Below, piece after piece: positions 52,941 to 64,000 of a stretch of DNA of 64,000 nt (positions are counted from its first letter, which is position 1; each line of letters begins with the position of its first letter). The notes below the pieces were generated by a model. That model saw only the letters and a list, made by a program, of their open reading frames with translations. It was not told the origin of the DNA and did not search any database. The DNA is from Eledone cirrhosa (lineage: Eukaryota), in NCBI GenBank assembly GCA_964016885.1, contig OZ024746.1:20708001-20772000 (forward strand), read 5' to 3'. The translations under genes were made by a program, and so were the position numbers.

Positions 52941-53665
52941 TGGGGTGTCAGGAGGGGCATGTACCTGTGTAGCGGGGGCTAGCCATGCTCTTTTCAGGAC
53001 AGCTCATCCTGCATTGGGTCCCACCTAACACTCAGCTCTCACCCGTGGCCCAAGAAGCTGTAGCATGCGACAGCGGCCACACCCCGGTAAACCGCCTTGG
53101 CTGGCGGGCCGAACCAGGTTGAGGGTAGCCGGACGGGTCCGAAACCCCACAGTGAGTTAGATAGGGGATGCCTGCCCCTGCATGCGAAGACTGGACCCGG
53201 CAGAGTGAGTGGAGGAGGACAACATCGTCCCAACTGTCACAAAGGTGGCGACAGCAAGCGGTGTGGAGCGCTAGGGCACGGTAAGGTACTACAGACGTCG
53301 TGGCCATCCACTGCAGCCAAGGAAGTCCCTGGTCGTGACGGTCCTCCGTACCACCGGATTCTGGCTTCTGTGGCCGAGTGAGTGGGACCGTCACTGTGCA
53401 CTGGTCCTCCCACTATAAACCTTTCCCGCACAGGTTTCTTCTTTAGCGTGCACTCCCAAAGCCCCGCGGAGATAGGCAAGAGGCGGAGGTAACAGGTGGA
53501 GATAACCTCTGGGAGTTGCTAGGCTGACTCCGGTCTCTTTCCCTGCCCCCACTGTCCCCGGACCTGCAAGTCAAGGATCGGCCTCCACAGCCACCTTCGT
53601 GCCCATGGCAGACGGGAACAACAATAAAGAAGATGTCATCATCATTTACGATGGACAACCAAGAT
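52941..53665 (+). mobile_element. GC-rich bipartite RTE(BovB-like)-derived element (family B)
   Basis: RTE-type 5' UTR joined to CPHCPRTCKSRIGLHSHLRAHGRREQQ* (53544-53627) and short 3' UTR GTCATCATCATTTACGATGGACAACCAAG. Confidence 0.82.
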
Positions 53666-54139
53666 ATATATATATATATAATTATGTAGCCAATAGTTTA
53701 AACAATAATAACGTAATTGAGACAATTTGCTCAGATTAAATGAACATTGATGTTGGAAATCTGTTGTTTTTGGCAATCTAAAGTTTATTATTAATTTCCT
53801 GAAATTCGTAATTATGTTGATATAATTCACTAGGAACTAAGTAATGTATAAGAAGTGATATACAAAGTTAAATCATTTCATAGAATTATTTATTTTCTTT
53901 TAATCTAAATTCTATTCTATTTTTGTATATTGGTGTATTTCTTTTCATACTTATGCTTGGTTTTAAATCTTAACAAGTAGAGTTTATGAACGTTTTTGAT
54001 GCAGCATATATTAAAGGTTCACGATTATCAAAAATATATAATATAACTTGGAAATTACATCGTTTCAGCATACCGTTGAATTAAGATTGCTTAACAAGTT
54101 AAATGCTTGGGTATCATAAGGCATTTTCTTCATATGGAT

Positions 54140-54420
54140 TTCAATCCAATATAATACAGGGCCTACTCACACCTGTTGGAGGTACCTCTCCTAGGTTGAC
54201 TTCCAGCTAATCTAATCCAGGGCTTTCTTACTTATGCTGGAGGAACCCATCCCTGGTTGACCTCCATCGCTTTCTGTTTGATTTTGGTCCTATCAGGGGT
54301 ACAGCTGTACTTTCTACGCTTGGCCAATTGAGGGTTGTGAGGATATTTAACCCATAGTTGGGGTGGGTGGCCGTTGACTCTGATGAGTCCATCCACCCTT
54401 TTAACAACTCTTGATTTTTT
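54140..54420 (-). mobile_element. RTE 5'-UTR-like fragment
   Basis: Reverse-complement homolog of 31975-32195, with local duplication. Confidence 0.7.
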
Positions 54421-54804
54421 ACTTCAACCATAGAAGCAGGCTAGTCGGAATGTTTAATCTTCAACGCTCTAAACGAAATATTTACCATATTATCCGTGTT
54501 GAATTTCTTCTTCTCTATTTCTGCATTACTGACAACATAATCAAGTCTGAATATTCATGAACCTGCAACCCTTTACCCAATCTGCGATATACCGTGGGTA
54601 AAATACTGATTTTGTCTCAACCCTCTGAATTACAGAAGTGCAGGTAAGAACAAATGGGGAGGATTTGGTAGTGCAATTCAACAATAGTAAAAAGTGCGAT
54701 ATGTAAAATGACAAAAGTTCATGGACATTCACACATTATATACATACATTATTCTCAGCTTCAATGTTACTTCGACCACAATACATTGTAGAGGAATATA
54801 GTTA

Positions 54805-55130
54805 GATACCGAGCTTGACCGACCACTTTCTTTTTTTGCACCGGTCTTCGTCGAGGCCTTTTGTGTCCTTGGTCCCCGCACTGCTGATTTCCTCCGTAAG
54901 ATCAGAAAGACAGCGACCCGCTTGAGCAGGAGGCTCCGCGAAGTGAGCTGGCTGTTGCAGTGGTGTCTCAGGCCATTCTTCGTGGTAATGTCTTTGCCAT
55001 TTTTCCCGCGGGGTGCGGCTGAGGAACCGCTCAGACCGGGGTGTAGTGTCTGATCTTCTCCCTCCCTGTCTTCCCTTGCTTGATTCGTTTTTCTTTTTCT
55101 TCTTTTCGTTTCCTTTTCTTTTTTGTTCCC
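54805..55130 (+). mobile_element. CRE-like LINE 3' end
   Basis: FAPVFVEAFCVLGPRTADFLRKI..REVSWLLQ/VSQAILRGNVFAIF plus 3' UTR. Confidence 0.82.
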
Positions 55131-55691
55131 TTTAATATTGTGTTTTGTTTTTGTATGAATAGCTTTGTAAAATCAAATGAAATATTTGTAGATACTGAGA
55201 ATATGAATGCTGAAATTTGCTTTCTATCTAAAATAAAAATATCAGCATTTCATATAATTTTAAGTTCTTAAAGATTGTACCTGAAGAAGAATAAACTTTA
55301 ACATACAGTCAGAAAACGACATTGATGTGCAATCTCTTGTGTATTTTCGCTTCTGATTATTAATTTACTAAAGCTAGCTTTGTTTTGTAAAAGATATGAC
55401 TAACTCAGTTTATCTGATATGAGAAAACTTTTTTATTGCAGCTTTTAGAGAAATACTATTAGCAATAGTTTAGAAAATATATATCAGATGTTTATGTTTT
55501 ATAATAAATTCTTCTTAACTACATTATGATTATCAGGCTTTCCTTCGTTCAATAACTCCAGTTTGTTTTAGCTAACAATCTATTTATTTATATGGTCTAT
55601 CCAGTTAGTTCTTTATTACTATTTCTCTATTTTAACTGTGATATGGTTGCATTTCAGTATTTTTCTTTAAGCTTGGGCGCCGTAGTTTTCG

Positions 55692-55842
55692 GTCTGAGTT
55701 CTAATCCCGCCGAGCTTAGCTTTGCCTTTCATCCCCTCGGGTTCGATAAAATAAAGTACCAGTAATGCACTGGCGATGATTTAAGCGCCCCCTCCCACCC
55801 ACCAAAAAAGACTGTCATTGTGCCTAAATCAGAAACCATAAT
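55692..55842 (+). mobile_element. SINE family 1, 5'-truncated
   Basis: B box through tail. Confidence 0.88.
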
Positions 55843-57033
55843 AAGGAATCCATGAAAAGAAAATATTAGAAGTAATACATTATAGTTGGAATACAGACGA
55901 TATTCTTCTACAAATGAAACATACAAAGGTGTCAAAAAGGGTGATGTATAAAATATAATTTTGTTTTTATCGGTTATTCATTTTTTTATCGATTAGAGGG
56001 AGAAATGCATCTTTAAATCGGAGACACAACTGGAATGCTTAGCTCCTTAGCTGGAACACATAATTGAGTGGTGCAGTGCTCCATCATGGCCTCAGTCTGT
56101 CGGCTGGGACACGTAAAAAAGTATAAGAGATATATCGGCGCCAGAAAGCGGTAAGAATCTTCCGGTGAGATAAGTTTATGAATTGATTTTGTTTGCTAGT
56201 TGCGACGATTTCAGTTTATTTACCTCTCGCGTCAGCAATTTATCTTGCACTTCCTTCTACAGTACATATCCCTCAGGTGAATACACATTTTCACTTGATT
56301 TATTCTGTAGATGTCAATGTACATGACAAAGCAATTATGTCTCTCATTCCACCCTGTATTCAATAAGGATAATAAGTAATCGAAGGAAATCATTTGTTTG
56401 TTTTCATAGTCCAGTCAGGAGAGCAGGTGCAGCACATATTCCCAGCTGATCACCTTACTGTCTAATGGGAGAAAACCAGGAAGATTGGTCCCATTGTATA
56501 TCACAGAAGAGATTATGCTACAGGCTTCCATGAGCAAGGCGGCGATGTTACATCGAGCGATTGATCAACGCTTTGTAAGATTCTTTACACACGGTCTCTG
56601 TTGACACCGGAAAGCTGTGATTCAGCTACCTTATTTAAAACGGTAAGAGTTGTGACGGTCCCTTGGCTTAATGGTTACAACCACCTAACTGGTATCTGGG
56701 AGATATGGGGTCCGTTTCCTCATAGCGACCGGTAGCATCGTCTTTTAAGGGTCTTTACCCTATTTTATAAGCTATTTTATAAGCTATTTATAAGCTATTT
56801 TATAGCATCTCTGCGCATAAGCACATCATTCTTTAAATATTGGTCTACATTTAAATTATAAATCAACATTTTATGAAGGTAGAACTCATGTTATACGGAG
56901 ATCACTCCTTCTTATAAACCAATTTACACGTCGTAATGATGTACCATGTGGATATTGATGCAGCCTATTTACAGTATAGTTATTCACAGCAACAGCAGAA
57001 AGATAGAGAGAGAAAGAGGAAAAGGAATCATGA

Positions 57034-57173
57034 TAATTATTTTTACTTTAGGCACACGGTCAGCAATTTGTAGAAAGGGGAAAGTGGACCAAATCGACTC
57101 CAGTGAATTATTGGTATTACATTTTATCAACCCCGTAAGGACGAAAGGCAAATCTGACCGTGGCGGGATTTGA
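57034..57173 (-). mobile_element. SINE family 1, 5'-truncated
   Basis: Reverse-complement core and tail. Confidence 0.82.
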
Positions 57174-58189
57174 AATAGTAATTTTATGCTAAGGAATAAT
57201 GTGAAGAATAAATGCGAATAGAATTGAAGCAATCAATTGATCAACCTGACATGATATCGGATATCATGATATTTGTCTAGCCTATGCACGAATTGGTAAC
57301 AACTATTAAATATTCGATAATAGACTCATGACTATCATCATACATTAAAATAATTGGTGAGGACATTAGGTATAATTTAAAACAAATACACAGAAACAAC
57401 TAAACTTTCCACGTCTGCAACTTTAGCATGTACAATAAAAAATTTAACAAAAAGAGAAATATAAAAAAAAAAAAGAATAATGAAGAGGATGACTATTAAA
57501 ATTTCGGATTAAAAGTTTCAAGTTAATTCTTGTAGAGATTAATCTCGTTCAAACTCCTTAAGGGATTAAGGTTTCATTTAAACTCCTTTTACACGAGGGA
57601 TTAAGGTTTCATTTAAAATGAAACATACTGCCTACCTATTAAAGCAAAAGAAATATAAAATACAAAGATAAAGAAGTATTCATAACATTGCAATTTATTT
57701 TCATGTTACGAATAAACTGCCATATTGAAAGCAATCATTGAAGTTTTTAGAACCAACGACAAAAATAAAAAATGAAAAATTATAAATAAATAGAAAAAAT
57801 AAATAAAGAAACATCCAGTAAATGATTGAATAAAATAAATAGGATAGAAAATAGTCGACATTGGCTGTAAATGACAAGTCTTATCATACTTTAATGTTCG
57901 AACTCTGCTTTTTGTCTGTAATCGAATATCAAAATGAAACACATTTTATTTGTAGAAATTAATAAAAATAAAATTACAATAACAACACTAATTTCCCAGT
58001 TTCTTTGAAATTCAGTTAAAAAAAAATAGTTATTGCATAATAAAAGGAAAAAAAAAATGTTTATGGTAATTTTGTGAATATTTTGATTTGAACGTAATTT
58101 CTTTGCTGTAGGAAAATATTTTCCTATCTTGATAAAATAGAAAGGAAGAAAATAGCAGTACGTAATATGAAGGAGATAGAAACATAGAA

Positions 58190-58416
58190 ATAAAGATAGA
58201 TAGATAGAGAAAGAGATAGACAGAGAGATAGAAAAAGAAAGAAAGACAGAGAGATATATAGATAGTTAGAGAAAGAGAGATAGAAAAAAGAAAGAAAGAA
58301 AGAGAGGCAGAGAGACAGATAGACAGAGAAAAAGATAGATAGAAATCTATAGAAAAAGAAAGAAAGATAGATAGATAGAGAAAGAGAGAGGGAAAGAGAG
58401 ATACAGATAGGTAGGT

Positions 58417-58448
<32 letters not shown>

Positions 58449-58544
58449 ATAGACTAGAAGTGAGACATTTGGTAAATTTGATGAAAATATAAGTAGAAAT
58501 GGAAGAGAGAGAAAACGAGAGAAAGAGAAATGAGTGAGAGATAG

Positions 58545-58600
<56 letters not shown>

Positions 58601-58724
58601 ATAGACTAGAAGCGAAAGTTAGTGTGTTGGGGAAAGCGAGACATTTGGTAAATTTGATGAAAATATAAGTAGAAATGGAAGGAGAGAGAAAACGAGAGAA
58701 AGAGAAAAGAGTGAGAGAGAGAGA

Positions 58725-58756
<32 letters not shown>

Positions 58757-58782
58757 CAAAGAAAGAGAGAGAGAGAAATAGG

Positions 58783-58842
<60 letters not shown>

Positions 58843-58866
58843 AATAGAGATAGATAGATAGATAGA
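58190..58866. repeat. (GA)n/(GATA)n purine tract with internal duplication
   Basis: AGAACGAAATAGACTAGAAG..GAGACATTTGGTAAATTTGATG occurs twice. Confidence 0.93.
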
Positions 58867-59392
58867 CACATATATATATAGTAATAATAATAAATGTGAA
58901 GACTAAAATCCAAAGAGGGCTCGATATGGATAAATATATATATCAAATATATAAGAACCCTAAAGCAAATATTTATTAAAATAACAGATTAAAGTTTAAG
59001 CAAAGAATCGCTGCTTTCACCCTTAACGGGATCTTCTGAAACTAAAAAAATCAATCTGTGAACGCAGAAGAATCCATGGCAATGAACGGAAAAAAGCGAA
59101 GATAATACGTCGTTATGTGGAGCGGAGAGAAAACCACGTTTATGGTATAAATGAAGTCATAGACAAATATTCTATTTAGGAAACAGAATGATTCTCGGCT
59201 TCAGAGTTAAGAATAATGGAAATAAATTAGTAGAACGAAAATGACAGAGGTTATTAAAATCAATAATAATTAAATATATACATACACGCATCTATATACG
59301 TACAAACACGTGCATACACGAACACACCCGCCATGCATGCATATAGACATAAACACTCACACACATACATAAACCCGCGCGACACATGTACC

Positions 59393-59633
59393 CGCACACA
59401 TACGAACGTATGCACCAAATACATATAAAAAAATATATATGTGTGTGTGCGTGTGTATACATATAATTATATAAGCGTTTATAAATATACACACATAAAT
59501 ACGTACATAGCGCACACATACGAACGTATGCACCAAATACATATAAAAAAATATATATGTGTGTGTGCGTGTGTATACATATAATTATATAAGCGTTTAT
59601 AAATATACACACATAAATACGTACATAGCGCAC
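59393..59633. repeat. Tandem duplication, 118-bp unit x 2
   Basis: TACGAACGTATGCACC at 59401 and 59519. Confidence 0.93.
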
Positions 59634-59731
59634 GCACACACATACCTACAGGTAAATACACATATGTTCACCAAACGTACGTCAACCAAAACACAATGTA
59701 CACATATACACATCTTACATGCGTGCAAACC

Positions 59732-59813
<82 letters not shown>

Positions 59814-60289
59814 ATACACATATACACATATACCAGTATATATAATATAATATATACACCTATAACAAATACAAGCATATATATGTACGAGAAAGTATAC
59901 GTACCTTCACAAAACATACAGGTAAGATATACATACCTATAAAAATAAGTAATGGTATAAACATAAAATATACTTAGCTACCACACCAAGACGTAAATTA
60001 TCCGCGTATTGTTCGTATTATCCGTTAGGGTATAATGTGGGGCTGTAATACAGGAAAGCTTTATGCAATTTGTGTTTCAAGCCGACATTGCCTCATATTT
60101 TTTGTTTAAGATGTGGTCATTGGCGTAGAGTATTTCCAGGACTTCAGCGGCGCAAAGATCGCATGGTCTTTTATATCCGTTATACGATCTAGCCTTAGCT
60201 AATGTCGTAATGCAGACAGCCAGACATACAGACAGATATTATAAGGGCGCAACGTTATATCTATGTATCTATCTAAAAAGAAAGACTAA

Positions 60290-60484
60290 GAATTATAGAG
60301 AGAGATCACTAAATCCCATAATGCGGTCCCTAGGGCATTGAATATTTGAAATTTTTTTTGCTGAAAACACTCACACGACCATAAGTATTACATATGTAAA
60401 GTTTTAAAACAATCGGTTGGGTGGTTTCCGAGTTTTAGGGAGTCAGACAGACAGACATTCTCTGTTTTATATATATATATATGA
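60290..60484 (+). mobile_element. Helitron/Helentron-type non-autonomous element end
   Basis: AAAGTTTTAAAACAATCGGTTGGGTGGTTTCCGAG..(CAGA)n..TTTTATATATA resembles DINE/HINE-like ends. Confidence 0.55.
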
Positions 60485-60990
60485 TTCGATATGTGGTAAT
60501 TTGTATTCTTACATAATTTACACATCACCGAATTCTTTCGCTAATATAGGGGTTCCCTCCCTTGCTGAATACCATGTGCGTTTTTGGCCTTGGATCCCCT
60601 CTGTATTATTGGACGAAAACTCGTTGACGAAGCCTTTCCTCGTTCGTCCCTTCTCTAGAAGTCTTATATATTTTTTATGTGGGCTGATAGTGATTGGATT
60701 AAGGAATTGCAGAAACCCAAGAAGCTAGATTTAACATCTTTCTAGCGGGTCCGGGTGAGTTTTTTACATTCATTTAATTTATTAATTTATTGATATTTTA
60801 TTTGAGTGACCCGAATCTTCCTGGTCGTTCTTTTTCGGCTGCATGGGTGATTTTAGGCATGTTCTCTTTGTGTTGGTATTTTAACGATAGTTATAGCTCT
60901 GATTTATCCAAATTATTGAGCCCTCTGCCACGCATGTCGGATATTGTTTATCGTGATTTCGTGGGCTGATATTCCGATTCTCGATTATTC

Positions 60991-61107
<117 letters not shown>

Positions 61108-61539
61108 TAGATAGAAAGAGAGAGAGAAAGAGATCATTTGAATTGTCATGAAATAATTTGTACATATCAGGAAATGATCTTTGAGAATAAGTAATGTTTT
61201 ATTACTAGCCTTTTTTTGGGCTCAATTCTTGTGGGAAGGAGGGAGGAAGTTGTCCCCAAGCCAAAGACATGGATCACGTGTTAGCAACAAAGTGGATTTC
61301 GTTGAAGGCATCAAAATACCACCAGATGATGATGAAACAAGGTGAGAAGTTATGGCTATCACCAAGAGGGAGGGTTAGTGGGAGATTATTTGAGAACTGC
61401 AGAAGGCTGACGAATCCACTGTTTGTATTCTGCCACCAGACAGACACTGCGTTAAATATCCCGTTTAAACCACTTAACAAGGACCAGATTTAGACCTTGA
61501 GTGGTTCGGAAAAGTTCAGGTTTGGCACGCTCCTTCATA

Positions 61540-62050
61540 TCTCCTTTCTCTTCTTCTCATTGCTTCTCCCTGCTCTCCTCCTTGCTCTCCTGGCTCTCAT
61601 TGCTCTCCATGCTCTCCTTGCTCTCCTTGCTCTCTTTTCTCTCCTCCTTGCTTTCCTGGCTCTCATTGCTCTCCATGCTCTCCTTCTCCTTGCTCTCCTT
61701 GCTCTCCTTGCTCTCCTTGCTCTCCTTGCTCTCCACCTTGCTCTCCTTTCTCTCCTATTTGCTCTCCTATTTGCTCTCCTTCTCCTTGCTCTCCTTGCTC
61801 TCCTTGTTCTCCTTCTTGTTCTACTTGCTCTCCTTGCTCTCCATGCTCTCCTTGCTCTCCATGCTCTCCTTGCTCTCCATGCTCTCCTTGCTCTCCATGC
61901 TCTCCTTGCTCTCCTTCTCCTTACTCTCCTCCTTGCGCCTCTTGCGCTCCTCCTTGCTCTCCTTGCTTTCTTCTTCCTTGCTCTCCTTTCTCCTCCTCTC
62001 ATTGCTCTCATTCACCTCCTTACTCTCATTTTTCTCAATACTCTCCTTCT
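61540..62050. repeat. 9-bp-unit minisatellite (CTCTCCTTG)n
   Basis: Direct; variants CTCTCCATG, CTCTCATTG. Confidence 0.95.
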
Positions 62051-62361
62051 CACTCTACTTACTTTACTTTTTTGTTATTAGGGTAGGAGTAGGGCAGCAG
62101 TCTTCAGACGAAAGAATTAATGCTGACAGACACTCGCACATTAGAGTATCATATATACAAACAGCATGTATTAACTTAATAATTTCTTTTATAGTTGATG
62201 CATACACAGACAAACCACACGCGTATACATACAATATTAATGAAGATAGCTAGTGTTTAATGGAATCTTTTTAAACCGTTTCTTTTGTTTAATTTACGTT
62301 ACACCTAAAAGAAAAGAAAAAAAAAAAAATGAATATTTAAAGAATAGTTCCTTTCAACCAC

Positions 62362-62800
62362 AGAGATGGCAAGCGCCCCGACGGAATTACCCTCTTTCCA
62401 TTCGAAGGAGATAAATCCCTCATCTGGGGCGCCAAATGCTATGACACGTTCTCCGCCTCCAGAATAGTCGTTTCGACCACAAATGCCGGTACTGCGTCCA
62501 GCAATGCAGAAGGCAGGAAGACAAGCAAATACCGGTGCTCATCCGACCGATTACTGTTCATACCGGTCACCCTCGAGACCTCAGGCGTCATCGGCACCCT
62601 TACAGCAGAATTCCTCAGTAAAATCGGAACGTCAGCAGCTCGCCCGAGGAAGGAGCCTCACAAGGTGGAGTGGCTGTTGCAGCGGGTGTCGCTGGCCATT
62701 CTCCGCGGAAATGCCTTTGTAGTTATGTCCATGAGGTGCAGCCAAAACACCACCCCACCCTAAGCATAGAGTCTATCACCCTCACCCCTTCTCTCTTTAT
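62362..62800 (+). mobile_element. CRE-like LINE restriction-like endonuclease domain fragment
   Basis: Open frame RDGKRPDGITLFPF..SLIWGAKCYDT..AEGRKTSKY..LETSGVIG..WLLQRVSLAILRGNA. Confidence 0.88.
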
Positions 62801-63373
62801 TTCGTGGCCTAATAGTCATTGCTCTTTTCCTCTCATTTATGGCATTTATAGTCCTTTCCTCTATTTCCCTATACAACCAGAATTGCTCTTCTTTAAATCT
62901 TCCCCCTTTTTTCATTACTTAATTTGGTTTTTATCTTTGTTTTTTAAATTTCCATCATTGTATAAATTCTTTTAATAAATATAGTTGACATAATGTGTTT
63001 ATGTATAATAGATAACAAATAAAATATTCATCGTTTCCTTGTGAAAACACATATTTTAAACAGAGAGATAGATATACAATTAGAGATAGAAGAATGTGTA
63101 TGAACAGGATTTAATGCTGACAACAAGCTGTTATAGACTGTTATGTAATTTGGTTAAACTCTTGAATATTTTCATAATTGATATTTGTTCGTTTCTTCAA
63201 ATTATTAAAAGAAGTAATCGCCGCACTAATATTACTTAGAACAACTACACAGGAATGTGCTCAGGCCCATGTCTGTAAAAATATACGCACTTAGTCACGT
63301 ACACACATATATTTATAGAAGCATCTATATATATTCTCTCATATACACACACGTATACGTATATATACACATA

Positions 63374-63404
<31 letters not shown>

Positions 63405-63495
63405 CATTATATATTATGTGTATATATACATATATGTGTGTATATATGAGACAATATATATAGATGCTTTTATAAATACCTATATCTATATGGGT

Positions 63496-63567
63496 GATGT
63501 GTTGGTGTAAATGGTAGCACAGTGGTCTGGATAACCAAAGATGTGGGATCGACTCCCATGTACGTCA
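63496..63567 (+). pseudogene. tRNA-like cloverleaf (tRNA pseudogene or solitary SINE head)
   Basis: Acceptor GATGTGT/GTACGTC, D stem GTGT/GCAC, anticodon loop CTGGATA, T arm GTGGG-ATCGACT-CCCAT, T5 run ~10 nt downstream. Confidence 0.6.
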
Positions 63568-64000
63568 ATACTCATATTTTTCCATTCATTTGAGGGTTCT
63601 AAACCTCATTATCAGACTAAAATTTCTTTAGTAAAAAAATACGGTGAAAGCTATTCTATTTTCTAATTTCAAACCTGTTCACTGTTTCAAAACATATTTA
63701 CATATATAGATAGATAGATAGATATTGATTGATTGCCTCACTGCTCTGTATACACACATACACACCCTTATATTAACATACTTTGCTCATAGCTTCGTAC
63801 TTACACGCACACACACTCCTTTACTCACATATACACACACTTTTCTTCTTAGCTTCGTACGGACGTATAATAACACACACGCACACACACAAACACATGG
63901 TTACGCACGTGCACAAGTATACCTCTTTTACAAAACGTTTTATTTTACATTTCAGGTAGACGCGCTACATCATCCACTTTTCTAAAAAAAAAATCATACA

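Noticed and set aside
54600-54690. GGFGS motif reminiscent of a dUTPase C-terminus
   Set aside because: In-frame stop upstream and no other dUTPase motifs; likely chance.

Overview
AT-rich eukaryotic (animal) genomic DNA, intergenic or deep intronic. No intact host gene or convincing exon was found. The repeat landscape is long (TA)n/(CA)n/(TACA)n microsatellites, many tRNA-headed SINEs with a Nin/Deu-like core, and RTE, CRE, R4/Dong, L1/Tx1 and Penelope retroelement debris, plus mariner, hAT and Helitron-type MITEs. This looks like an octopus/coleoid genome (inference from remembered repeat families). Most supplied ORFs are microsatellite artefacts. The most interesting signals are RNA-structural. 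(1) A near-perfect ~300-bp palindrome at 36259-36564 carries two mirror-image minimal hammerhead ribozyme candidates with a covarying U3-A8 core. (2) Two more Penelope-type hammerhead motifs occur. (3) Two families of bipartite RTE-derived non-autonomous elements can be folded as HDV-like ribozymes at their 5' ends, and one family forms a tandem train inside its own (TATG)n tails. (4) There is a pre-miRNA-like hairpin and a solitary tRNA-like cloverleaf with an odd anticodon. Coordinates of degenerate repeats are approximate; family names come from motif recognition, not database searches.
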